Assembly: GCA_947479455.1 (NCBI GenBank)
Contig: CANJZE010000008.1
Span: 66,798-130,797, forward strand
Reading direction: 5' to 3'
From: Bacteroidota bacterium
Lineage (GTDB): Bacteria; Bacteroidota; Bacteroidia; Chitinophagales; LD1
Length of the DNA: 64,000 bases
Shown: positions 43,305 through 53,230 of the stretch, one piece after another
How the letters are laid out: each line of letters opens with the position of its first letter
Position numbering within the stretch: position 1 is the stretch's first letter
Position numbers and translations under genes: made by a program
Notes under the pieces: model-generated
What the model saw: the letters and a program-made list of their open reading frames with translations, nothing else
The model's database searches: none
Told to the model about the DNA's origin: nothing

Positions 43305-46300
43305 TTACATGCTTCGCCTGTATTGACCTCCGACCTCATACAGCGCATGAGATATTTGCCCGAGCGAGCAAACCTTTACGGTTTCCATCAGCTCGGCAAA
43401 AAGATTTCCGTTGGTAGTAGCCACTTGCTGTAAACGCTTCAGCGCTTCTTCGCTTTCTTTTTCGTGGCGCTTTTTAAAAGCGTTCAGTGCGCTTATCTGA
43501 AATTCTTTTTCATCAGTAGTAGAGCGGATAACTTCTTTAGGCACAATAGTAGGCGAGCCGTTTTTGCTGAGGAAAGTATTCACCCCCACAATCGGAAACT
43601 CACCGGTGTGTTTCTGGTGCTCGTAATACATGCTCTCCTCCTGAATTTTGTTGCGCTGATACATGCGCTCCATAGCGCCCAGCACTCCGCCACGCTCGGT
43701 AATGCGCTTAAATTCGGTGAGCACCGCTTCTTCTACGAGTGCCGTCATTTCTTCAATTAAGAATGAACCCTGGTTCGGGTTTTCGTTTTTAGCCGTGCCC
43801 AGCTCGCGGTTGATGATAAGCTGGATTGCCATTGCTCTGCGAACACTCTCTTCTGTTGGAGTTGTGATTGCTTCATCGTATGCATTTGTATGAAGTGAAT
43901 TGCAGTTATCGTAAATAGCATAGAGCGCTTGCAAGGTTGTGCGTATATCATTGAAATCAATTTCCTGCGCGTGCAAACTTCTGCCGCTTGTTTGAATATG
44001 ATATTTCAGTTTCTGGCTCCGGTCGTTGCCTTTGTATTTCTGCTTCATCGCCTTCGCCCAAATTCTGCGCGCCACGCGGCCAATCACCGAATACTCAGGG
44101 TCCATGCCATTGCTGAAAAAGAAAGAAAGGTTAGGCGCGAAATCATCAATCTTCATTCCGCGGCTGAGGTAATACTCTACATAAGTAAAACCGTTGGCGA
44201 GTGTAAACGCGAGTTGCGTAATCGGGTTAGCACCGGCTTCGGCAATATGGTACCCGCTGATAGAAACAGAATAAAAATTCTGCACTTTGTTCTCGATGAA
44301 ATACTGCTGCACATCGCCCATCATCTTCAGCGCAAACTCGGTGCTAAAGATACAGGTGTTCTGCGCCTGGTCTTCTTTTAAAATATCGGCCTGCACTGTT
44401 CCGCGAACAGAAGAGAGTGCTTTGGCTTTTAGTTTTTCGTAAACATCTTTCGGTAAAACTTTATCACCGGACAAGCCGAGTATTTGCAAACCGAGTCCGT
44501 TGTTTCCTTTCGGCAAATCGCCATTGTATTGCGGCAATCCTTTCAGCTTCGCGCTTTCAATTTTGATGTTGTTCTCCTTGATATACTTTTCGCATTCCTG
44601 GTCAATCGCTGCGTTCATAAAGAAAGCAAGAATCATCGGAGCCGGTCCGTTGATAGTCATGCTCACCGAAGTTTTGGGGCTGCATAAATCGAAGCCGCTA
44701 TAAAGTTTTTTGGCGTCATCCACCGTGGCTATGCTCACACCGCTGTTGCCCACCTTGCCGTAAATATCGGGGCGGTGGTCAGGGTCTTCGCCATACAGTG
44801 TTACCGAATCAAAAGCCGTAGACAAACGAATAGCGGGCTGGTCGAGCGATACATAATGGAAACGCTTGTTGGTGCGCTCCGGTCCGCCCTCACCGGCAAA
44901 CATACGCGTAGGGTCTTCGCCTTCGCGCTTGAGCGGAAACACACCGGCCGTGTAAGGAAACTCACCCGGCACGTTTTCCTGCAACTGCCATTTCAGAATA
45001 TCGCCCCAGTCTTTGTAACGCGGTAAATACACTTTGCGAATAGTTGTTCCGCTGAGTGATTTGGATGTGAACGGCAAATCCAAAACTTTATCGCGCACTT
45101 TAAAAGCAAACGTATCACCGGAATATTTTTTCTGCTTTTCGTTCCACTCATCCAATAATTTTTTGCATTCGGGGTGAAGCTTCTTCAAGTAATCATCGCG
45201 CAGCATATCCAACTCCAATAAATCACCAATGTATTTCTCTCCCTGAATGCCGTTGATTTGATACAGTTTAGTAGCAACAACACATTGGTCACTTACCCAT
45301 TCATCGTAACGCTCGTTGTTCTCTGCAATTTCTGCGAGGTAACGTACACGGGCGGGAGGAATTATTTGCGATTTGGTAACGGTGTTCTTTGCGGAAGTGT
45401 GTTTTACTTTAAAATCAACTTTCGTTTTCTCAGTCACCTTGTGCATCAGCAATTCGAAGAGGTGATTTACACCGGCATCATTAAACTGCGAAGCTATCGT
45501 TCCCACAACCGGAACATCTTCATCCTTCGCCATAAATATCTGGTGGCTGCGCTTGTATTGTTTGCGCACATCAGCCAATGCATCAAGCGCTCCCGCCTTG
45601 TCGAACTTGTTGATGGCAATAGCATCGGCATAGTCGAGCATGTTTATTTTTTCGAGCTGTGTTGCCGCTCCGTATTCGGGAGTCATCACCAAGAGCGAAA
45701 CATTGCAGTAATCGAGAATCGAAGCATCGCTTTGTCCCGTGCCCGCGCTTTCCAGAATAATGAAATCGAAGTGCGCGGCTTTGCAAACATCAATTGCTTC
45801 CTGCACGTGAACGCTGAGCGCCTTGTCGCTTTCGCGCGTAGCCAGCGAGCGCATATAAGCGCGTGGATTCGAAATAGAATTCATTCTAATTCTATCGCCC
45901 AATAAAGCACCACCGGTTTTCTTTTTGCTCGGGTCAACAGAAATAACCGCGATAGTTTTATCCGTATAGTTCTTTAAAAATCTTCTAACGATTTCATCGG
46001 TCACAGAAGATTTTCCTGCACCACCGGTGCCGGTGATACCGAGAACCGGAACAGCCCCCAAACCCCCGAAGGGGGCTTTAAGGTTGTCTTTTATTTTGTC
46101 GAACTTGCCATCTTCAGCAATAGAAATTGCCTCTGCAATTATTTTCCAATCACTTGGTTTCAGATTTTTCCACTCCCCATTCAGTTCTGTCTTTAAGCCC
46201 CCTTCGGGGGTTTGGGGGCTACATTGCTTCACCACATCTTCAATCATTCCTTCCAGCCCCATAGTTCTGCCGTCATCGGGAGAATAAATTTTTACGATGC

Positions 46301-46637
46301 CGTATTGGTGTAACTCTTCAATTTCATGCGGATGAATGGTTCCTCCGCCTCCGCCAAAAATTTTTATGTGGCTGCAATTGCGCTCCTTCAGCAAATCATA
46401 CATGTATTTGAAAAACTCCACGTGCCCACCCTGATAACTCGTAATCGCAATTCCCTGCGCATCTTCCTGTATGGCGCATTCCACAATTTCCTGCGCGCTG
46501 CGATTGTGCCCGAGGTGAATCACCTCCGCACCCTTCGCCTGCATAATTCTGCGCATAATATTAATAGCGGCATCGTGGCCATCAAAGAGGGATGCAGCAG
46601 TAACAATGCGGACTTTATTTTTCAGTTGTAAACTCAT
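43305..46637 (-). CDS. icmF: Fused isobutyryl-CoA mutase (B12-binding domain + MeaB-like GTPase + mutase catalytic domain)
   Basis: The N-terminus [23 protein letters not shown] has the DxHxxG B12 motif. [12 protein letters not shown] is the MeaB/ArgK P-loop. The C-terminal ~560 aa form a methylmalonyl-CoA mutase-like barrel ([12 protein letters not shown]...). The product is 1110 aa. Confidence 0.9.
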   Translation of the reverse strand: MSLQLKNKVRIVTAASLFDGHDAAINIMRRIMQAKGAEVIHLGHNRSAQEIVECAIQEDAQGIAITSYQGGHVEFFKYMYDLLKERNCSHIKIFGGGGGTIHPHEIEELHQYGIVKIYSPDDGRTMGLEGMIEDVVKQCSPQTPEGGLKTELNGEWKNLKPSDWKIIAEAISIAEDGKFDKIKDNLKAPFGGLGAVPVLGITGTGGAGKSSVTDEIVRRFLKNYTDKTIAVISVDPSKKKTGGALLGDRIRMNSISNPRAYMRSLATRESDKALSVHVQEAIDVCKAAHFDFIILESAGTGQSDASILDYCNVSLLVMTPEYGAATQLEKINMLDYADAIAINKFDKAGALDALADVRKQYKRSHQIFMAKDEDVPVVGTIASQFNDAGVNHLFELLMHKVTEKTKVDFKVKHTSAKNTVTKSQIIPPARVRYLAEIAENNERYDEWVSDQCVVATKLYQINGIQGEKYIGDLLELDMLRDDYLKKLHPECKKLLDEWNEKQKKYSGDTFAFKVRDKVLDLPFTSKSLSGTTIRKVYLPRYKDWGDILKWQLQENVPGEFPYTAGVFPLKREGEDPTRMFAGEGGPERTNKRFHYVSLDQPAIRLSTAFDSVTLYGEDPDHRPDIYGKVGNSGVSIATVDDAKKLYSGFDLCSPKTSVSMTINGPAPMILAFFMNAAIDQECEKYIKENNIKIESAKLKGLPQYNGDLPKGNNGLGLQILGLSGDKVLPKDVYEKLKAKALSSVRGTVQADILKEDQAQNTCIFSTEFALKMMGDVQQYFIENKVQNFYSVSISGYHIAEAGANPITQLAFTLANGFTYVEYYLSRGMKIDDFAPNLSFFFSNGMDPEYSVIGRVARRIWAKAMKQKYKGNDRSQKLKYHIQTSGRSLHAQEIDFNDIRTTLQALYAIYDNCNSLHTNAYDEAITTPTEESVRRAMAIQLIINRELGTAKNENPNQGSFLIEEMTALVEEAVLTEFKRITERGGVLGAMERMYQRNKIQEESMYYEHQKHTGEFPIVGVNTFLSKNGSPTIVPKEVIRSTTDEKEFQISALNAFKKRHEKESEEALKRLQQVATTNGNLFAELMETVKVCSLGQISHALYEVGGQYRRSM
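46054..46221. repeat. Pair of 30-bp inverted G5/C5-rich hairpin elements inside the icmF coding sequence
   Basis: agcccccaaacccccgaagggggctttaag (46054-46083) is the reverse complement (29/30) of ctttaagcccccttcgggggtttgggggct (46192-46221). The two are 108 bp apart and both are read in frame (PFGGLG and PEGGLK). A related copy is intergenic at 52309-52334. Confidence 0.7.
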
Positions 46638-46760
46638 AATGGGTGGCTAAATTAAGATATTGCTATCCACTAAAAAGAGAGTTTGTGTTTCCGCAAAACG
46701 CAGCACCATTTCTTTTATTCCGCTTATGAAACTAATTGTAAATTCGTTTAGCGTTTAATC

Positions 46761-47222
46761 ATGGCAGAGAAAAAAATAACCAACGATTTAGATGTCAATT
46801 ACCGGCTCATCGGTATTGCGGCTTTGCTTAAAGAATATAAGCTTTGCTATCATCTCAATCAATTTTTAAATGCCGATTTCAAAAAACTCAATGACCTTGC
46901 TTTTTCATCTCCCGATCGCACGCGCACCATTTTGTTCGCTGTTTTTAAATCGGGCGATGAAGAAGACCGCAATCAGTTTTTTGTTTTTGTGAATAAAAAT
47001 TTAGGTGAAGCGCTTTTATCTGAAGCAGGAAATTTTGATTATTTAATACAGATAAAAGGTGAGTGTAGCGATGAAGAGTTAATCGGAATTGTAAACGGAA
47101 TAAAATTGTTTCCCGATGTAATTGCCTGCACCGAAATTTCGCTTAGGAAAATTAAAAACAAAGAGCGGCTAATTTACTTCGAAGAAAAAACTTCGACCAA
47201 GCACGTCAAAAAATTCAAATGA
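46761..47222 (+). CDS. IPExxxVDY-family-like protein
   Basis: The N-terminus ITNDLDVNYRLIGIAALLKEYKLCYHLNQFL parallels the Bacteroidetes IPExxxVDY family pattern (VDY.LIAIH..LEDYRLAY.LNQ.L). The stop overlaps the pyk start. Confidence 0.55.
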   Translation: MAEKKITNDLDVNYRLIGIAALLKEYKLCYHLNQFLNADFKKLNDLAFSSPDRTRTILFAVFKSGDEEDRNQFFVFVNKNLGEALLSEAGNFDYLIQIKGECSDEELIGIVNGIKLFPDVIACTEISLRKIKNKERLIYFEEKTSTKHVKKFK

Positions 47223-48649
47223 AAGTACGCATCAACAAAACAAAAATAATTGCCACTTACGGTCCCGCCTGTAGTGACATTAAAGTGATGGAAGACATGG
47301 TGCAAAGCGGTGTGGATGTTTTTCGTTTCAACATGAGCCATGGCGACCACAAGCAACATATTGACGGCTATCAAAAAGTTCGGCAGATAAACAAAGAGCA
47401 TAATCTCAACATTGCCATACTTGCCGATTTACAGGGACCTAAAATTCGTTTGGGCGAAGTGCGTGATAATATGGAAGTGCTTGAGACCGGTCGGGAAGTT
47501 GAAATTACGAACAAAGAGTGTGTGAGTACTTTCAAAAAACTTTACGTGAGTTATAAATCTTTACCTAAGGAAGTTCAAATAGGAGATGCGATTTTAATTG
47601 ACGATGGAAAAATTGAGTTGAAAGTTCTCTCCACCAATCGCAGAAATAAAATTGTGGCGAAGGTGATTAACGGAGGAAAAATCAGTAGCAACAAAGGCGT
47701 GAATTTGCCGGATACAAAAACTACGGTTCCCGCGCTTACCGAAAAAGACAAAAAGGATTTGAAGTTTGCTATTGCCAATGGTGCAAACTGGATTGCGCTT
47801 TCGTTTGTGCGTTCACCACAGGATGTAATCGACTTGAAAGAAATCATCGGCAAAAAAAATTCGTACATGAAGGTGATGGCAAAAATTGAAAAGCCCGAAG
47901 CACTAACCTGCATTGACGAAATCATAAAAGTGAGTGACGGCATTATGATTGCGCGTGGCGATTTAGCAGTAGAAGTTCCGCAGGAACGCATGCCTATTAT
48001 TCAAAAAGGAATTATTGCCAAGTGCATTCGCTTTGCCAAACCCGTGGTGGTGGCTACACAAATGATGGAGAGCATGATTGAAAATCCGAATCCTACGCGC
48101 GCAGAAATTACCGATGTGGCAAATGCAGTTATTGATGGTGCCGATGCCGTGATGCTTAGCGGAGAAACTTCAACGGGCAAACACCCTATGAAAGTGATTG
48201 AAATAATGGAAAAGATTTTGACGACTACAGAAAACGTAAGCACCATTTATAACAAAGAGCAGAAAGCAGATATTGATTCGTCCACTTACATCAGCGATGC
48301 TATTTGTTACAACGCTGCGCGCATCAGCAGCGAACTTGGCGCTCGTGCTATTATCGGAATGACCTTCAGCGGTTACACAGGTTTTGTGCTTTCGAGTTAC
48401 CGCCCTAAAGCGGACATTTACATTTTCACAGAGAATCATTCGCTCTTAAATGCGCTGAGTATTTGTTGGGGGGTGCGTGCTTTTCATTACAATAAATTTG
48501 TTGGCACCGATACTTCCATTCGCGATGTAATTCGCATTCTCAAAGAAAATAATTTGCTGAAAGCAGGTGACCTTGCGGTAAACATAGGCAGTATGCCGCT
48601 GTCAAATAAAGGTCGCGCGAATATGGTGAAGGTTACGAAGGTGGAATAA
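47219..48649 (+). CDS. pyk: Pyruvate kinase
   Basis: Motifs TKIIATYGPA, FRFNMSHG, DLQGPKIRLG, MIARGDLAVEV and MLSGETSTGKHP are diagnostic of pyruvate kinase. Confidence 0.95.
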   Translation: MKVRINKTKIIATYGPACSDIKVMEDMVQSGVDVFRFNMSHGDHKQHIDGYQKVRQINKEHNLNIAILADLQGPKIRLGEVRDNMEVLETGREVEITNKECVSTFKKLYVSYKSLPKEVQIGDAILIDDGKIELKVLSTNRRNKIVAKVINGGKISSNKGVNLPDTKTTVPALTEKDKKDLKFAIANGANWIALSFVRSPQDVIDLKEIIGKKNSYMKVMAKIEKPEALTCIDEIIKVSDGIMIARGDLAVEVPQERMPIIQKGIIAKCIRFAKPVVVATQMMESMIENPNPTRAEITDVANAVIDGADAVMLSGETSTGKHPMKVIEIMEKILTTTENVSTIYNKEQKADIDSSTYISDAICYNAARISSELGARAIIGMTFSGYTGFVLSSYRPKADIYIFTENHSLLNALSICWGVRAFHYNKFVGTDTSIRDVIRILKENNLLKAGDLAVNIGSMPLSNKGRANMVKVTKVE

Positions 48650-48652
48650 AAA

Positions 48653-49675
48653 CTACTGCGCGCCTCTCTCCGCATCATACTGGTAAATCGTATAAAGCAA
48701 AGTTTTACCCACGGCATTCAACGTAGTTTTATCAATCACACTCATATCATCGGCATGTGTATGCCAGTAACTTCCAAATGTTCCGGATGGAGAAGCCAGG
48801 TCGATATGAATAATATCTACGGTCGGAATTTTTGCGATTTGATTGATGTAAACGTGGTCATCGGTAATTGAACCAATAGTTTGATTGATGAAAAAGCTTC
48901 CGAAGCCCAGTGATCTCGCATTTGCCCAAACTTTATCCTGCACCCAACCGGCATTGAAAGAAGAAATTCCTTCGCGCGAAAACACCGCGCCTTTTGCGGC
49001 AGCCATGTCTAACAAAACTCCAAAGTCTGCTTTGTATCCCGGCACATGAGGATTGGCACTCCAGTGTTGTGAGCCCAAACACCACGAGCCTTCACTGTCA
49101 TAATCTCCGGGTTTTACAATTCCATCAAGTGAAGAAGAATAGCCGCGGTCCTCAGCATCATTGAAAAAAATATCAACGCCAATGTTTTTAAGTGGCGAAG
49201 ATTGGATTGCTCTTGCAATTTCAATAAGTGTTCCTACACCGCTTGCACCATCGCAGGCAGAAAGAATTGGTTTGTCACGGTCTTTGGTATCCTGGTCTGC
49301 CCACGGGCGACTATCCCAATGCGAAGTGAGCAAAATTCTGTTTGTTGCTTTTGGATTTATTGAGCCAATGATGTTTGTGCATTTCAAATTCACTCCATCA
49401 AATCCGAGTACGTCAAATTTCTGCACGTAAACGGTATCGGTAAATTTTTTGATTTCCTCTATCAAATATTTCGCGCAGGCTTCGTGTCCTTTCGAATTCA
49501 TTTCACGCGTGCCGTAATCGAGTTGATAATTTGTGTAGTTGTAAGCAGAATCGCTATTGAAGTCAGGGGCGGTAACAACAATTTGTTTTGACGGCTCAAC
49601 AACCTGTGGCGTTTGCTGGTTGCATTTATCGCAGGAAGCGAGGAAGAGTAAAATTATTGGAAAGAGTTTTTTCAT
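48653..49675 (-). CDS. M28-family metallopeptidase / glutaminyl-cyclase-like lipoprotein
   Basis: A lipoprotein signal (LFLASC) is followed by LLTSHWDSRPWADQD, CDGASGVGTLIEIARA, NDAEDRG and WHTHADD, the M28 metal ligand pattern. Confidence 0.75.
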   Translation of the reverse strand: MKKLFPIILLFLASCDKCNQQTPQVVEPSKQIVVTAPDFNSDSAYNYTNYQLDYGTREMNSKGHEACAKYLIEEIKKFTDTVYVQKFDVLGFDGVNLKCTNIIGSINPKATNRILLTSHWDSRPWADQDTKDRDKPILSACDGASGVGTLIEIARAIQSSPLKNIGVDIFFNDAEDRGYSSSLDGIVKPGDYDSEGSWCLGSQHWSANPHVPGYKADFGVLLDMAAAKGAVFSREGISSFNAGWVQDKVWANARSLGFGSFFINQTIGSITDDHVYINQIAKIPTVDIIHIDLASPSGTFGSYWHTHADDMSVIDKTTLNAVGKTLLYTIYQYDAERGAQ

Positions 49676-49680
49676 TGCAA

Positions 49681-51144
49681 TTAATTTGAACTCCAGCTAA
49701 CTCCTTCCTTCCCATCTTTCACCTGTATGCCCACTTTCAAAAGCTCATCGCGAATTTTATCGCTGGCAGCAAAATCTTTTTTAGCACGAACATCTTTACG
49801 TAATTCTAAAATCAAATTCATCAATCCTTCAACTTTATCGGAACCGCTTTCGCTTTCTTCTTTCAATCCTAAAACATCCAAAACAATTTCATTGAAAAGT
49901 TTTTGAAGTTGCTCCTTGTCGTATAATGTGATTGAATCGTTTCCATCGTTGATAGAATTAATCACTCTTACTGCTTCAAACAAATTTGCAATGGCAATAG
50001 AAGTATTGAAGTCATCGTTCATTGCATCGTAAATTGCAGTCTTGATGTTTTCTAAATTGAAAGAAGATTTTTCACCAGCCTTTAAATTCGGAATCAACTT
50101 TAAAGCATTCATCAATCGCTGATAACCTTTTTCAGCTGCTTGTAATGCGCCATTCGACAAATCAAGCGTGCTGGTATAATGTGCCTGCAACATAAAAAAG
50201 CGAACGGTCATTGGAGAATATCCCTTCTCTAACAGAGGATGCTCTCCACTAAAAAGTTCATTGGGCAAAACAGAATTGCCGAGACTCTTGCTCATCTTCT
50301 GTCCGTTCATGTTCAGCATGTTCGTGTGCATCCAAATATTTGCCGGAGATTTTTTGCAGCAGGCAAGATTCTGCGCAATCTCATTGGTGTGGTGCGTTGG
50401 AATCAAATCCATTCCACCTCCGTGAATATCAAATTGCTCTCCAAGATATTTTGAACTCATGGCACTGCATTCAATATGCCAACCGGGAAACCCTTCTCCC
50501 CAGGGACTTGGCCAACGCATAATATGTTCGGGTTTAGCTTTTTTCCATAGTGCAAAATCCAATCGTCCGCGCTTTTCAGTTTGACCTTCTAAGTTGTCGC
50601 GTGTGCCTTCGAGCAACTCGTCTAATTTTCTTCCGCTGAGTTGCGTGTAAGCATTTGTCTTCGCAAATTTTTCTACATCAAACCAGATGGTTCCATCCAC
50701 TTCATATGCAAGACCGTTGTCCATAATTTTCTTCGTCATCTCAATCTGCTCTAGGATATGTCCACTGGCAGTTGGTTCAATGCTTGGCGGAAGAATATTC
50801 AACTTGTCAAGCACCTTATGAAAATCAATAGCGTACAACTGCACAATTTCCATCGGCTCTAATTTTTCGAGGCGCGCGCGCTTTGCAATTTTATCTTCTC
50901 CTTCATCGCCATCACTTTCCAAATGCCCTACATCGGTAATGTTGCGCACGTAACGAACTTTATAACCAAGATGCGTGAGATAACGCACCACCACATCAAA
51001 CGAAGTGTAAGTGCGGCAATTGCCTAGGTGAGCGTAACTATATAAAGTAGGACCGCACACATACAAACCCACATGAGGTGCATTGAGCGGTTTGAAAATT
51101 TCTTTTTCGCGCGTGAGCGTGTTGTAAATTTTTAGTTCAGACAT
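49681..51144 (-). CDS. cysS: Cysteine--tRNA ligase
   Basis: [19 protein letters not shown] carries the HIGH-type motif. [19 protein letters not shown] and KMSKSLGN (KMSKS) follow. The product is 487 aa. Confidence 0.95.
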   Translation of the reverse strand: MSELKIYNTLTREKEIFKPLNAPHVGLYVCGPTLYSYAHLGNCRTYTSFDVVVRYLTHLGYKVRYVRNITDVGHLESDGDEGEDKIAKRARLEKLEPMEIVQLYAIDFHKVLDKLNILPPSIEPTASGHILEQIEMTKKIMDNGLAYEVDGTIWFDVEKFAKTNAYTQLSGRKLDELLEGTRDNLEGQTEKRGRLDFALWKKAKPEHIMRWPSPWGEGFPGWHIECSAMSSKYLGEQFDIHGGGMDLIPTHHTNEIAQNLACCKKSPANIWMHTNMLNMNGQKMSKSLGNSVLPNELFSGEHPLLEKGYSPMTVRFFMLQAHYTSTLDLSNGALQAAEKGYQRLMNALKLIPNLKAGEKSSFNLENIKTAIYDAMNDDFNTSIAIANLFEAVRVINSINDGNDSITLYDKEQLQKLFNEIVLDVLGLKEESESGSDKVEGLMNLILELRKDVRAKKDFAASDKIRDELLKVGIQVKDGKEGVSWSSN

Positions 51145-51172
51145 GGGCGCAATATAATGCGTTGAAGATTTT

Positions 51173-52288
51173 TCAGAGAGAAAAAGTAGAGATAACCGGA
51201 TAATGGTCGGAGAGTTCCTTGCGGATAGTTTTACAGGAGTTGATTTTTATATCGGCATCGAACAGCGTATAATCAATTCTGAAAAACGAAAGTTTATTCG
51301 CGTATGTAGTTCCGAAGCCCTTTCCTTTTTCAACGAACGCATCCTGTAAGTTTCCTTTCGCAGTGCTATAGGTATATGAAACCGGCACATCATTAAAGTC
51401 TCCGCAAAGAATTTTTTGTCCCTGATAATCATTCATGCTTTTTGCCACGGCATTTGTTTGCATCGACCGTTTAGCATAAGCACGCTTCATTTTTCGCATG
51501 ATTTTTTTCAATGGATCCCAACGAGTAGTTTGATTTTCTTCCAATGAATCGATAGTTGCATAATCATCATAGCCGAGATGAATAGATTGAAAATGCACAT
51601 TGTAAACTCTTGCGGTTTTACCGTTGAAATCAATGTCGGTATAAATACAATCGTTAGCTAAAGAATTTTTGAAATCAATTTTACCGGTGTCAACAATTGG
51701 GAATTTTGAAAACGTAGCAACACCCCATATTTGATGCAGCTCTCCCTTTTTCCAAAGTGTAGATTGCAATTTGCTTTTGGGAAACTTATGCAAATCAACC
51801 GAAGGAAAAAAATAAACGTAAGGGTAACCCAATGAATCGCGTAGGTATTCGAGATTATGAAAGAGTTGATTATTGGTATAAAATTCCTGCAAGCAAAGCA
51901 CATCGGCCTTTTCTTTTTTGATAAGTGCCATCATCTGCCCTCTCGTTTCGGTGTTCTTACTCCAATTGTATAAATCGAAATTCTTTACGTTCCACGTCAT
52001 CACCTTAAATCCCGTTTCTTTATTCACTTCATTAAAGTTTACAGCAAAAGTAGAGTGAATGAATTGCCATGTCAACACAATAGCCACCAGCGAAATCAAT
52101 CCAAATGCATCGCGTTTTAAAATCCAGAGCAAGAGAAAAAAAACATTTACTACCAATACAATCGGGAACGCGAAGCCAATGAAAGTAAGTTGCCAGTATT
52201 TTGTGGGCTCAATGTAAGTTGCCATGCAAGAAGCGAGCAACACAACAAGTGCAAGTATGTTTAAGAATTTAAAGAAGCCTCTGAGCAT
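51173..52288 (-). CDS. Membrane-anchored endonuclease/exonuclease/phosphatase family protein
   Basis: N-terminal TM helices are followed by VMTWNVKNF, DVLCLQEF, CGDFND and a C-terminal SDHYPV. Confidence 0.75.
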   Translation of the reverse strand: MLRGFFKFLNILALVVLLASCMATYIEPTKYWQLTFIGFAFPIVLVVNVFFLLLWILKRDAFGLISLVAIVLTWQFIHSTFAVNFNEVNKETGFKVMTWNVKNFDLYNWSKNTETRGQMMALIKKEKADVLCLQEFYTNNQLFHNLEYLRDSLGYPYVYFFPSVDLHKFPKSKLQSTLWKKGELHQIWGVATFSKFPIVDTGKIDFKNSLANDCIYTDIDFNGKTARVYNVHFQSIHLGYDDYATIDSLEENQTTRWDPLKKIMRKMKRAYAKRSMQTNAVAKSMNDYQGQKILCGDFNDVPVSYTYSTAKGNLQDAFVEKGKGFGTTYANKLSFFRIDYTLFDADIKINSCKTIRKELSDHYPVISTFSL

Positions 52289-52308
52289 GTATTTTGTATT
52301 TGCCTTTA

Positions 52309-52334
52309 TTCCCCTTTCGGGGGTTAGGGGGCGG
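52309..52334. repeat. Intergenic copy of the G5-rich hairpin element seen inside icmF
   Basis: ttcccctttcgggggttagggggcgg compares with gcccccttcgggggtttgggggct. It lies between the rhomboid stop (52338) and the EEP start (52288). Confidence 0.5.
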
Positions 52335-52337
52335 CTG

Positions 52338-53228
52338 TTATTTCTTAGAATAATTAAATAGAAAATCCTTTTCCTCTTTCGTCAAGCTATCATAACCCGA
52401 ACGCGCAATCTTATCCAATATATCATCTACCCGTTGTTGTTCGTTTTTGCTGCGCAAAGTTTTTTCTGCTTTTTGTGAATCGCTTTTGTAAGTAACCTTT
52501 ATGTTCGATTTTGGTTTAAACAAATTTGCAGCACCATCAAAAAGTTTGTTGAATGGTAAAACAAAATCAAAACCGCCTTGCAATGATTTGATATAAAGAT
52601 AGCCGCTCAACGCACCGCCAATGTGCGCAATATATCCACCGGCATTTCCGTAAGGAATATTGATGATGTCGAGAAGCAATGAAACAACTGCTATGTATTT
52701 TATCTTGACGATGCCGATAAACATCAAACGGATTTCATAATCAGGCGCAATTGTAGCCGCAGCAAACACGATAGCAAAAACACTTGCCGATGCGCCAAGC
52801 ATCATCGAAACATCAACCAGTGGTTTAAAAACAGGAAGCAGATTATAGGCAAGCAAATAAATTACAGCGCCCGTCAATCCACCAAGAATATAAAGCGGTA
52901 GAATTTTTTTATCGCCCAGGTACAGCACAAATATTTCTCCAAACCAATAGAACCAAAGCATGTTGAAGAGCACATGAAAAAAACCGGTATGCAAAAACAT
53001 GTAAGTAAAAAACGACCAAGGCTGATAAAGCAAAGTGCCAAGCGAAGCGGGCATTTCAACCTTACTAAGAATTAAACTGTAGAACGAATTGTTTTGAAAA
53101 AGAAACCCGATGAGATTGAAAATTCCGAAAAACAAAAACACGCCTACGTTCACAAAAATCAATTTCATCACCATGTTGCCATAGCGGAATTGATGTTTGA
53201 TATCGTTGGTAATGGAACCGGTGAGCAT
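52338..53228 (-). CDS. Rhomboid-family intramembrane serine protease with a C-terminal soluble extension
   Basis: Motifs HTGFFHVLFNMLWFYWFG, GASASVFA (GxSx catalytic Ser) and AHIGGALSGYLY. Confidence 0.8.
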   Translation of the reverse strand: MLTGSITNDIKHQFRYGNMVMKLIFVNVGVFLFFGIFNLIGFLFQNNSFYSLILSKVEMPASLGTLLYQPWSFFTYMFLHTGFFHVLFNMLWFYWFGEIFVLYLGDKKILPLYILGGLTGAVIYLLAYNLLPVFKPLVDVSMMLGASASVFAIVFAAATIAPDYEIRLMFIGIVKIKYIAVVSLLLDIINIPYGNAGGYIAHIGGALSGYLYIKSLQGGFDFVLPFNKLFDGAANLFKPKSNIKVTYKSDSQKAEKTLRSKNEQQRVDDILDKIARSGYDSLTKEEKDFLFNYSKK

Positions 53229-53230
53229 TT

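Noticed and set aside
45258-45905. A 215-aa plus-strand ORF and other long antisense ORFs inside icmF (43464-46631)
   Set aside because: They lie entirely antisense to a well-supported 1110-aa IcmF gene and have low-complexity, Arg/Phe-rich translations typical of antisense frames of a GC-richer gene.
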